A DNA stretch of 64,000 nucleotides, taken from the NCBI GenBank assembly GCA_963785305.1, contig CAWAUV010000007.1, positions 896,001 through 960,000 on the forward strand, read 5' to 3'. Below the pieces are notes generated by a model. The model ran no database searches and was not told where the DNA came from. It worked only from the letters and a program-made list of their open reading frames with translations. This document shows positions 11,047 through 20,951 of this stretch, in pieces. This stretch comes from an uncultured Planctomycetaceae bacterium (GTDB lineage Bacteria > Planctomycetota > Planctomycetia > Pirellulales > PALSA-1355). Made by a program: the position numbers and the translations under genes. Position 1 is the stretch's first letter; every line of letters starts with the position of its first letter.

Positions 11047-12247
11047 TGCGTTCGACCCGCGCCGGGGTTGGCGTCGGGCGACACGGGTTTCGAAAACGCG
11101 GTCAGTCGAATGGTCGCCGTGGTTCCCTCGCCCACGCGACTCGTGATTTTCAATTTGGCCTCGTGCTTGTCGAGAATGGCGGTGGCGATCGCCAGCCCGA
11201 GCCCGATGCCGCGAGGCTTGGTCGAGTACAACGGCTCCACGATTCGCTCCAGATGTTCGGCGGGAATGCCGCTTCCCGTGTCATGCACGGAAATGTCGAA
11301 ATGCTCGGACCCCGGCGCGGCGGCTAGGCGCAGCGTTCCTCCGTCGGGCATCGCGTCGCAGGCATTGCGAACAAGATTGCCGAGCACGATGGCCAATTGC
11401 TTCGCATCGCCGAGAATCATCGGCGCATCCTCGGGACAGTCGATCGTGACCCGCACATTCGCCGGAACCGGGCAGTCGTCGACCACGCTTTGAAAAAACG
11501 TCGGCCCCGCGATCGGGCGCATTTCCGGCGCCGGCAGGCGGGCAAAGCTGTTCAAAGCCGTGATCACGTCGTCGGCCGATCCCACCTGCCGATTGATGCG
11601 CTCCAAATGCGCCGCGATTTTTTCGGCCGGCAGCTTTTCGCATTCAACAGATAATAGACCGACGTCTTGATCACATTGAGCGGGTTTCGCAGTTCGTGCG
11701 CGATGCCGCCGGCGACTTGGCCGATCGTGGCCAAGCGTTCGACTTGCTGTTGTCGTCGGCGATAGGCGGTTTGATAAGCGTCTTCGATGATCGCCAGGTC
11801 CAGGTCGAGCAACCGATTGAGCGAACGCCGCGAACAAATCAGTTCAGTGGAATCGCCCTTCCAGTTTAGCTCCAAGGCGCGATCCAGTCCCTCGCGCAGC
11901 CGCGAGAGCGCGGCGTTGGTAAACACTTGATCGAGACCGATTTCGACATGGCGAAAACCGACTCGCCAGCGGCGGGCGACATAGTGCTCGTCGTAGACAC
12001 CCGACACCAAGTCGTCGAGCCAGCGGATCAAGGTGCCCTTGAGACGCTCGATTTGTCGCGGGCCGCCGGTGATCACCCGGCGGGTTGCTTCGTGGCGCTC
12101 GATTTCGGCATAGAAGTCTTCGATGAGCGCCGCGAACTCGGGCCGCACGAGCGCTCCCAAAGCCGCCACGCGCCGTGCGTCGGCATCGCTCCAGCCGACA
12201 TAGGCTTGGAGTTCCTGGTAGCGGAGAAAAAGTTCTTCGTTTCGCAT
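11043..12247 (-). CDS. Globin-coupled histidine kinase (protoglobin-HisKA-HATPase; frameshift near 11635)
   Basis: Sensor globin (IEDFYAEI B-helix Tyr, IERLKGTL, RVGFRHVEIGL proximal His); GIAHELRNPL H-box; NLVRNA, DTGSG, GIGLG boxes. Confidence 0.9.
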
Positions 12248-12545
12248 CGGCTTCCCGGGGACTGGAGATCGCGACCCGGCCAATTGGCTCGCCGGAGAGA
12301 TTTAATTCGACATTCATGTCACGGGGCTCTAGTATCATGCATGTTCGATGCGCTCGCGAGGGGCGCATCATGACACGATGGCGTTGCTCGGTTCACATGC
12401 TCTGGCGCGAGTCAGGGTAGCGGGTGCCCCATTTGTCTCTCTAGACCGCCGATTCATGCGGAATCGAGCCGGGTCGTCTCCCAAGATCGGCGTCGCCGAT
12501 CGACCGTTTTGTTGATCCCCGATTCTCAAACTCACGGTGTGCGTC

Positions 12546-12812
12546 ATGATCGCTTCCACGGATAGGCAGAGTGGTTCACGCCTCGAGTTGAACCAGCAAT
12601 ACTCATCGCTGCAATCGCTCCAGTCGCTTTTGCAATCAAGCAACTATTCCGCGCTGCGGCGGATTCGCTGCGAACTCGACTCTGGCGGCGACCTGCGCCT
12701 CCTGGGCGAGGTTCCCAACTATCATCTGAAGCAGATCGCGCTCGCCTTGGCCATTCGAATTTGCCCCCGGCAACGCGTCTCGGGCGATGCGTTGTTCGTG
12801 CGGCGTTCTTGA
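12546..12812 (+). CDS. Small BON-like domain protein
   Basis: LQSSNYSALRRIRCE...LRLLGEVPNYHLKQIA pattern of planctomycete single-BON proteins. Confidence 0.7.
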   Translation: MIASTDRQSGSRLELNQQYSSLQSLQSLLQSSNYSALRRIRCELDSGGDLRLLGEVPNYHLKQIALALAIRICPRQRVSGDALFVRRS

Positions 12813-12855
12813 TTGCGTCTCCGCGGGGCGAGCAATCCCGGGCGATCCGCGGCTG

Positions 12856-13848
12856 TCAGTCAACGTCCGCGGCGAACATGCTGATGGCCCGGGTGTAGTT
12901 CGCTCGCGAGAACGCCGCCGGGTCGGAGCAGCCTGTCTGACTCAAAGTTCCCTTCAATGTCGAAATCGCGCCGTATTCATGCCTCGACATCCAGGTCTCG
13001 CATTCCTCGCGCAGCGTGGTCAAGCGACCAACGCCCGCGCGATACAGTTCCGAGGCGATTTGCACGATGTCGGCGCCGACGGCAATCGCCTTGAGCGCTT
13101 CGAGACCGCTGCCGACACCGCCGGTGGCGGCAAACGAAATGTCCACGCGCCCATACAGCGCCGATCCAGCGGAGTGTCAGATTCAATTCCCGCGGAATGC
13201 TACGACTCGAGCCGGCGGCGCGACCTTGCGAAGATTGATGTCCAGATCGGGCGGCAAGCAGCGATTGAACATCACCACGCCGTTGGCGACCCGCGGTCGC
13301 CAATTCTCCGACGAAGTGGGGTAGCGCCGTGAAAAACGGGCTGATTTTGATCGCCAGCGGCAATTTCACTTCGCCGCGCACCGCCGCGACCGCTTCCAGA
13401 TATTGGCTTTCGATCTCGCTACTGGTGGCGCTCGGGTCGGCGGGCGGAATCATCGAGATTGAGCTCGAGCGCGTCGGCCCCAGCCTGCTCGATTTGCCGG
13501 GCGTAGTCGAGCCAGGGACCTGGGGCGTGGCCGTTGAGACTGGCGATGATCGGGAGCTTGACCGCCTGCTTCGCGTGTTCGACATATCGCAAATAAGCGG
13601 CGGGTCCCTGATTATATTGCATCAGTTCGCGATGCTGATGATGGCTGGCGCCTTGAAACGTCGACCAAGGCGCAGCCGGGATTCGGAGCAAGCTGCTCTT
13701 CGAACAGCGATGGCAGCACCGCCGCCCCCGCCCCGTACTCTTCGATTCGCTTGAGCACGTCTAGCTCGCTCGTCAACGGACAGGCCGCGACCACGAGCGG
13801 GCTACAAAGTTCGAGTCCTAGATAGCTGGTCCTGAAATCGACGATCAT
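12856..13848 (-). CDS. Dihydroorotate dehydrogenase-like flavoprotein, multiply frameshifted (possible pseudogene)
   Basis: TSYLGLELCSPLV, GAGAAVLPSLFEEQL, PIIASLNG, GADALELN, PLAIKISPFFT, AATGGV..GADIVQ spread over at least 5 frame segments. Confidence 0.85.
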
Positions 13849-13976
13849 AGTGAGCCTCGTTTCGGTCGCGCCGAGCGCGCTGCCTTGAGTGGTTACTTGG
13901 ATCGGACACCTGGTCGGCCTCTCGGCGGGTCGCCAAGCTTCGGCCTCGACAGCAAGGCCAAGCGAAACCATTTGAA

Positions 13977-13992
13977 TGCATCTCCGGCGCCA
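13977..13992 (-). promoter_or_regulatory. Sigma54 (-24/-12) promoter upstream of the DHODH-like gene
   Basis: Minus strand TGGCGCCGGAGATGCA = GG-N10-GC; lies in the gap divergent from the NtrC-family activator. Confidence 0.6.
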
Positions 13993-14211
13993 AACCGATT
14001 TGGGACCGATGCGAGGGGAAGTGTCCATTGCGAGAAAAAACGCGAGTCGGCCGACGTTTTTACCCAGATCGTCGCGAAATTAGCGGGGCGCCGCCAAGGC
14101 CCGCGATGCCCAGGATGGCGCGAATCCGCCCAGAAGTTATACTGCCAAGTGTGCGGAACCGCGCGCTTGTGCCGCACGCCGCGAACCGGACTCTAGGGGC
14201 CTGCTTCCACG

Positions 14212-15602
14212 ATGCCTAAACCTCGCCCTGTCGATTTGCTCCTCGTCGACGACGACACGGAGTTTCGCGAAACCTTGGCCCGCCGATTCACGCGCCTGGG
14301 CTACGAAGTGCAAGACGCGCCGACGGCGAGCAAGCGCTCGCGCTCGCGGCGCGGCGCGCGTTTGATGTCGCGCTGGTCGACATGAAGATGCCCGGTCTTT
14401 CGGGATTGGAATTGCTCGAAAAACTCAAGGCAAGCCAGGCCGAGTGCGAAGTGATTCTGCTGACCGGGCAAGGCACGATCGAGACCGCCGTCAAGGCGAT
14501 GAAAGTGGGGGCGAGCGACTATCTCTTGAAGCCCTGTCCACTCGCCGAACTCGAAGTCGCCATCGAAAAGGCGATCGACCGACGCCTGCTCTCGAAGGAA
14601 AACAGCCAACTCAAAGGCATGTTGGCCCGCGTTCGCCCGAGCGGTGAAATGATCGGCCAGTCGGCGGGACTTGAAGAAGTGCGGCGCCTGATCCAGCGGG
14701 CCGGACCAACCGACAAGGCAATTCTGATTCAGGGCGAAAGCGGAACCGGCAAGGAACTCGTGGCCCGCGAACTGCATCGCCAAAGCCTGCGATGCGACCG
14801 TCCGATGGTGGTCATCAACTGCGCCGCGTTGAGCGAGACATTGTTGGAAAGCGAGTTGTTCGGCCACGAAAAGGGCGCGTTTACCGGCGCGATTGCGACC
14901 AAGCCTGGCTTGTTCGAGTTGGCCGATGGCGGCACGCTGTTCATCGACGAAATCGGCGAAATGCCCGGGCTCTTGCAAGCGAAGCTGTTGCGCGTGCTCG
15001 AAGACGGCTCGATGCGTCGCGTCGGCTCGCTCAAGGAGCGGCGAGTCGATGTGCGATTGCTCGCGGCCACGAACCGCGACATGCGGCGGGAAGTCGCCGA
15101 GGGGCGATTTCGCGAGGACCTTTACTACCGCATCAACGTGATGTCGCTGTATCTGCCGCCGCTCCGCGAACGCGCCGACGACATTCCCTTGCTGGTGACG
15201 AAATTTCTCGGTGAAAATTGGCGCCTCGATCCGGCGGCGATGCGATCGCTCGCCGAATACGCGTGGCCCGGCAATATCCGTCAACTCGCCAACACGATCG
15301 ACCGCGCCAAAATCCTGGCCGACGATGGACTCATCAGGCTGCAAGACTTGCCGCGCGAACTGCGCGACGCCGAACCCGTGGCCTCGCCAGCGGCCCGGCC
15401 CGACCACTCCGCCGCCACCCTGGCCTCGATCGAAAAATCGCATGTCGCCGAGGTGCTCGAGCGCGAACGCGGCAACAAAGCGCGCACCGCCAAGGCCCTC
15501 GGCCTGAGTCGCCGCAGCCTCTACCGGTTGCTCGATAAACACGGGCTCGACACGCTCAAATCCCTCGACGACCCAACGGAGCGCGAGGCGCCGGCCTCGT
15601 GA
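14212..15602 (+). CDS. Sigma54-dependent NtrC-family response regulator (frameshift near 14320)
   Basis: LLVDDD/DMKMP receiver; GESGTGKE, GAFTGA, FIDEIGE, WPGNIRQL; Fis-type HTH GNKARTAKALGLSRRSLYR. Confidence 0.95.
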
Positions 15603-15709
15603 ACCAATCGGCCTCGGCTCCGCGACCGCCCCACGCCTCCCATTCTCCTCTCGCCGAAACCCATGCAAAACGCGGCTGCCCGTCGCCCGCGAAACAAGGA
15701 GCTCATGCA

Positions 15710-17161
15710 ATGACCGTCGCCGGTTCGCCTCTCTCGCGCGGGACCAAGCTCGGTCCCGTCATGTCGGGTCTTTCGGGCAACGAGATCTATTGCTTGCGGC
15801 TCAAGGGGCTGCGGCCCGGCGAACTGGTGTTGGGCAACAGTGTCTATTCGACCGGCTTTCTCGGCGGGCTCGGGGCGAGCTTTCGCAGCATCGTCGGCGG
15901 CGAGATCACGCAAGTCACGAGCGTGATCCACGAAGGACGCTTGCAGTCGTATGATCGCATGATGGCCGAGGCCAAACAGCGCGGCGGCCTCGGAGTGACC
16001 GGCGTCACCAGCGAACTGCGCCGCATGCGCGGCAATACCGAATTCCTCTCGGTCGCCTCGGCCATTCATGCCGCCGAGCCGACGCCCGAACACCTTAGCT
16101 TTTCCACGAGCGGCGATGGCCAGCAGCTTTACTGCCAGCTCGACTCGGGCTACACCCCGCTGAAATTCGTGTTCGGCAATGTCGCCTATTCGATGGGCCT
16201 CGGCGGCGGCATCATGGGCACGCTCAAGAGCCTGGGCCGCGGCGAAATCAAGGAATACAGCGACATCTTCAACGCCACCCGCCACTTGGCCCTCGAGCGC
16301 ATCGTCGACGACGCCCGCTCGGCGAGGGCCAATGCCGTGGTGGGCATCGAGACGCGCGTGATGCCGTTTCAGGGCGTGCATGAAATGATGATGATGGGCA
16401 CCGCGGCCCGGCATCGGCAATTGCCGCCGGCCCACGACGCGGCGCCCGTCACCAGCGACATGACCTGCGAGGAAATGTGGAATATCACCCACTTGGGCTA
16501 CTATCCCTTGAAGCTCGTGTTGGGCACCGCGGTCTATTCGCTGGGTGTCGTGGGCGGGCTCAAGGCGGCGTTCAAGTCGCTGGCCCGCGGCGAGATCAAT
16601 GAACTGACCAGCTTGGTCTACGATGCCCGCGAACATGCCATCGGCCTGATTGCCGACGAGGCCCGCGCGATCGGCGCCGAGGATGTGGTGGGCATCAAGA
16701 CGCACATCCATGAGTTCGGCAGCTTGATCGAGTTCATGGCGATCGGCACCGCGATCAAGCCGCTCGCGGGTCTCAACACGCTCTCGCGCGATCTGCCGCC
16801 GCAAGCGGTGATGAAAGACAAGGACACCTGGATCAGCGACGAAAGCCAGATTTTCATGCCCGAAAACCCAGCGGGCCAGCAGCAAACGGAATCCACGTCC
16901 GGCGGCATTATCGGTTCGATCTTGCCGCGATGCTCCGCGGCTGAAAGCGGGGGCAATGTCCCGCCAGACGAACACATATTCCCTACCGGCGGCGCGGCGT
17001 CTATTCGCTCGGCGTTTCATCGAGCGGAACGAAGCCGGCGCCGTCATCCTTCGGGCCGGCGAATTGTCGCGTCGCGGGGCTTTCGCCCGGCGCTTGGTGA
17101 TCGGGCTCATTTAGAAGGCGGGCCACGCCGAACAGTCCGAGCCAGATTCCGCCGAAAATGA
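15710..17161 (+). CDS. Triple YbjQ/UPF0145 (heavy-metal-binding) domain protein; true C-terminus probably before ~17000
   Basis: Three repeats of GNSVYS/GNVAYS/GTAVYS...GEI....R..A...A...GA..VVG; the ORF tail overlaps a convergent gene, suggesting a frameshift near 16920. Confidence 0.85.
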   Translation: MTVAGSPLSRGTKLGPVMSGLSGNEIYCLRLKGLRPGELVLGNSVYSTGFLGGLGASFRSIVGGEITQVTSVIHEGRLQSYDRMMAEAKQRGGLGVTGVTSELRRMRGNTEFLSVASAIHAAEPTPEHLSFSTSGDGQQLYCQLDSGYTPLKFVFGNVAYSMGLGGGIMGTLKSLGRGEIKEYSDIFNATRHLALERIVDDARSARANAVVGIETRVMPFQGVHEMMMMGTAARHRQLPPAHDAAPVTSDMTCEEMWNITHLGYYPLKLVLGTAVYSLGVVGGLKAAFKSLARGEINELTSLVYDAREHAIGLIADEARAIGAEDVVGIKTHIHEFGSLIEFMAIGTAIKPLAGLNTLSRDLPPQAVMKDKDTWISDESQIFMPENPAGQQQTESTSGGIIGSILPRCSAAESGGNVPPDEHIFPTGGAASIRSAFHRAERSRRRHPSGRRIVASRGFRPALGDRAHLEGGPRRTVRARFRRK

Positions 17162-18456
17162 TGGGGCCGTGTAGAAGCGATGTCAGCCTGAAAGCGATCA
17201 TCAGTAGCGTGATGCCTGGCATGGCGGCCAAATGCGTGCCACCCGGGATTTGCACCGCGAAAAAAGCGATTTCAAAGAGCATCCAAGAAAAGCCGAACCA
17301 AATCTGAAAGGTCGGGCGATCCAGCCGGCCTTTTAATCCAAGCTCCGGCAGCTCGACGCGACGTCCAAGGGGCCGGCCGTGCGGTCGGACGATCATGCCC
17401 GCGACGCCGATCAATCCAAGCAAAATTCCGCCCGCCGCGATTGTCCGATAGGCCGGCGTGAGAACGTACGAAAGCAGCGGCGGCCCGTAAATTTGGACCA
17501 TCATGGATGCCCGCGGGTCGCCGAAAACAAGCGTGGGCGAGAACGCGATCGCGGCCACGATCCAACAAAATCCGAAAAGCACCTGGAACACCGGTTCGCC
17601 AGCGCGCTCCTTTTCCAGCGCGATTCGCACCGCCGCGATGCCGAACACGGTCCAGATCGGCATCAGCAGGACAACGGCTAATGGCCAAGCGCCGCCCATT
17701 TGAAGCGGGATCAGTCCCGTGATTTGCAGCAAGGCCAACAGCGCGAGCAGCGCGCCGCGCGACGCGACGAAAACCTTGAATTCGTGCAAGCGGCGAAGCA
17801 TGTTCCGGAATACAGATCCGCCGAGCGATGTTTTCGGGCGAAGGTCGCGGGGCGTCGTCGGCTTTCTGAGGGCCTTCGGAGTGTTCCCCATCCAAGCTTT
17901 GTCGGTCGTCGCCGATCGCCGATGAAAGCTTTTCGTCGTTTGCCAGAAAATCGCCGATTTCCATCGCTTGCCGGCGCTTCCGATCGGCGCCGCGCGTCAT
18001 GTGTTCCCCGCCGGGCAACACGCCCCGCTCGCCGGCCCAGCCGATCAGCGTAAGCACGATTCCCACTATTGGGCCGGGAAGAAACGCGCCTATCATCATA
18101 CTGGCGTAGAACGTAATTGGGCCGCCCGCAGGTGCGCCGGGCATGTGCTCGAAATTCGAAAACAGGATAACGGCCAATACTCCAAAGATCAGCAAACAGA
18201 AAATGCCGCAGAGTTTCTGAAGCATCGGTTCGCTCGGGCGCTCGATCCCAAGCCCCACGCGAAGCGTGAGCGCCGCGGCAACAATCCAGATCGGCGCCGG
18301 CCAATCGAATAATAGCAACGCAAACTTGATTCCTTGCCACATGTCGCCATTAAATTGCCGAGCCGTCGCGAGACTCACCGGCGCGATGGTCGCCACCCAA
18401 GAGCAAAGCCCAACGAACATGAGCCACGCGGCGATGCGGCGAAAAGTGGATGTCAT
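17001..18456 (-). CDS. Multi-pass membrane protein with three internal repeats (frameshift near 17830-17900, or two genes)
   Basis: ORFs 17272..18543 and 17001..17891; many hydrophobic segments; repeated ER..EP..Q...G module. Confidence 0.6.
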
Positions 18457-18558
18457 GGAACCGACCTTTCGTGGAAAACTGGCCATTTCGGCATGATTCA
18501 TGGCGGGTTGGTTGCCGATGTGGATTGACCGGTCACATGCCACCGGCCTTGGCGCCGG

Positions 18559-18646
18559 GCGCCATGCCCGCGCTTGTCGTGGGCATGAGATTCGATTGAA
18601 GCAGCGCCCTTGGGGTCACATGCCCACGCGAGCGTGGGCATGGCGC
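18559..18646. repeat. REP/REPIN-like palindrome doublet, family B, copy 2
   Basis: GCGCCATGCCCGCGCTTGTCGTGGGCATG, spacer, CATGCCCACGCGAGCGTGGGCATGGCGC. Confidence 0.85.
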
Positions 18647-18682
18647 ACGAACGCCAAGAGCGCAGTTCAGAGGCGCCAGTCG

Positions 18683-19284
18683 TCAAAGTTTCGCCGTAAG
18701 GATACGTTCCATTCTGGCAAAACTGGGCAAGGACCGACGGAGCACCGATGGCTCAATCTTCCCGACCAGTTCAAACGCTCTCTTGTCTTTGAGATAGGGC
18801 GCCTTGCAATTCCGGGTCGCACGGGCCAACGCGAGCTGGACTGAATCGCGGCTTCGCGTTTCCATGTTTTCGCTAGGCACGGCATTATCCTGGAGATCAG
18901 CGCCAAAATGTACTCGCAACGTTTGACGATCCGTCGCGATCCAGGTCTCCATACACGTCGTCATCAGCAGAACTTGTTCGTCGTCCGCGCCTGACGGCGT
19001 CTTCCATTTGTCGCGCCGATTCAGATGACGCCAGCAATTCTCGATGCCTTCGACGGGGTCTTCGCTATCTACAAGCATGGCGACATAATGTCCCGCGCTG
19101 GCGTTAGCGTGGGCAATAGAGAAATCGTTATACGTCGTTCCGCGACTGCCGCAGGCGACCAAGCGTGGCATGCGCCAGCGAATCCACACTTTTCCAGTAA
19201 CCGGCGAAAACCCTCGCGACACCGAACGTGTAATTCCTTGCAGTCGTCCCCGCCCCCTTCGATGTATATTTTAGCGCTCACCAT
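18683..19284 (-). CDS. DUF4276-family (TOPRIM-like) protein (frameshift near 19170)
   Basis: KIYIEGGG, LVACGSR, MLVDSED, MTTCMETWIATD motifs; start overlaps the ATPase stop. Confidence 0.8.
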
Positions 19285-20457
19285 CGTGTCCCTCCAATCT
19301 CGCCACGTACCCAAAGCTGTCCGAGTCGGTACTTCTTGAGCCACTCATTTAGTTCGTCGCTTGCCGCAATTCGTTTAGCCGTCGTCTTTCCGTCATTTTT
19401 CTCCACGACGATCACGGATTCTGGCTGATTCGTCATCGAGTCGACGAGAATGTCCGAATGCGTTGTGACAATCAGTTGTGTTCGCTCGGAAGCGGCTATC
19501 AATAAATCGGCGACCTTCGGCAGCATATCCGGATGCAGCCCAAGTTCCGGTTCTTCGATGCACACCAGCACCGGCGGGTCCGGGTCGCAAAGAATGGCCA
19601 GCAAACACAGGTATCGGAGCGTGCCGTCGGAGAGGCGACTGGCGGGTATCGTAAAATCCCCTTCCGTCAAAAACACCTCGACAGTTCCTCCTTTGACGTC
19701 GACGTGAAAGTCATCGAGACCTTCATAGAGGTCGCGAAGGTGTTCGATGATTGTCTTTTTTGCCTTAGGCTTGCCGCGCAGTCGATTCAGGAACAGCCCG
19801 AGGTTGGAGAAGTTCTCTTCGAGTCGGTCGCTGGGCATGTCAGCCGGCTGTGGGCTGCGGAAGATTGACGTACGGCCAAAGGACCACTCGCGATATAAAC
19901 GCACGTTTTCGTAAATGTTGGCTAAGTGCGCAAGTTCCGGGTATTGGTCCGGGTCTTTCCGCTGGGAGAGGATCGATTCGTCCGGAGCAACTTGTTCACG
20001 CCGGAGGGGCCTTTTCCATTCGTTGGTCTGGTCCTTGATCGCGAGGACGGGGTGGCCGTTCTGAAACCTGTAAAAGAAGAATGGATCGTCGTGCCCCGGG
20101 TCAACATGCCGATTCTCGATTGCCTCATCCAACAGTTCCAATCGCGCTGCTGTTTCAGTAAATTCGATTCGGTGTCGTAAGGATTGCTGCCCCGCGGGGT
20201 ATCCGATCACCGCGCCCAATCGCGCTGGAGTTTTTCTCTCCCTTCCAAATCCATTCCTTGACGCCGCTGCCACCTGTTCCGCGCATGGGGGCCGTTAGCT
20301 TCGTGGGCGTGGATCGCAACAGACTGATCGCTTCCACAAGATTCGATTTGCCAGAACCGTTCGGTCCGATGAGGATGTTTAACGGTCGCATTTCTAGCGG
20401 TGGCGTATTGGGGCCAAATGACAGCAGCCCCTGTAGAGTTAGCTCTTGAATAATCAC
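19278..20457 (-). CDS. ABC/AAA_21-type ATPase (frameshift near 20220)
   Basis: Walker A GPNGSGKSN, signature LSDGT, Walker B CIEEPELGLHP, H-loop VTTHS; GGAGG RBS. Confidence 0.92.
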
Positions 20458-20490
20458 GAATAAACCTCCCTTGCGTGTTTGCCTGTGAAT

Positions 20491-20600
20491 CACTCGTCAG
20501 CGTCCGCAAGCTTCTCGACCAATTCAGCGTTGTGGTATTCGGTCATTTCGTCGTAGAGCGCCTCGTCGGCATCTAGCCGTTAAACCAGCATCTGCACGAG
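20491..20600 (-). pseudogene. Possible C-terminal remnant of a lost upstream gene
   Basis: Reads LVQMLV*RLDADEALYDEMTEYHNAELVEKLADADE* and ends just before the ATPase RBS. Confidence 0.35.
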
Positions 20601-20634
20601 TCGTGGCGGAGGGAAGGTTTTTGAAAAAATGCGA

Positions 20635-20703
20635 AATCCCTCGGCGAATTTGCGATATTCTGTGTTATTTGCAAGACACAAACATCGCGGCCACCGAGGG
20701 ATT
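20635..20703. other. Long imperfect hairpin upstream of the ATPase-DUF4276 operon
   Basis: AATCCCTCGG/CCGAGGGATT perfect 10-bp outer arms enclosing GCGATATT.TGTGT/ACACA.AACATCGC inner stem. Confidence 0.6.
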
Positions 20704-20951
20704 CCGAGTGAAAGCCAAGAGCCAAAGAGCGAGCCAAAAGGCGGAGAACGCAGGCCAAGATACGTTGACGCCTCGCCGCACGCAAGCGGCGCGTGGAGCG
20801 CCGCACGACGAATCCAATCTCCAGACGCAGCCGAGTTCGGCTCGCTCCAGAGTGCTTCGCCATACCGCGCAAAAAGCCGAGCGCCGTCCTCGCTCTAATT
20901 CCGCGACCATGGGGTTCGCCCGGCGCGCCATGCAATTCGGCCAGCGACCTC

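Noticed and set aside
7951..13976. ANTAR target dual hairpins in leaders of island genes
   Set aside because: Only one isolated CAAGGCAG loop-like match (~13880) without a supporting stem or second hairpin; needs a covariance search
20570..20710. Retron msr-msd or integron attC upstream of the ATPase
   Set aside because: No reverse transcriptase or integrase; the GTTAAAC core has no properly placed complementary partner
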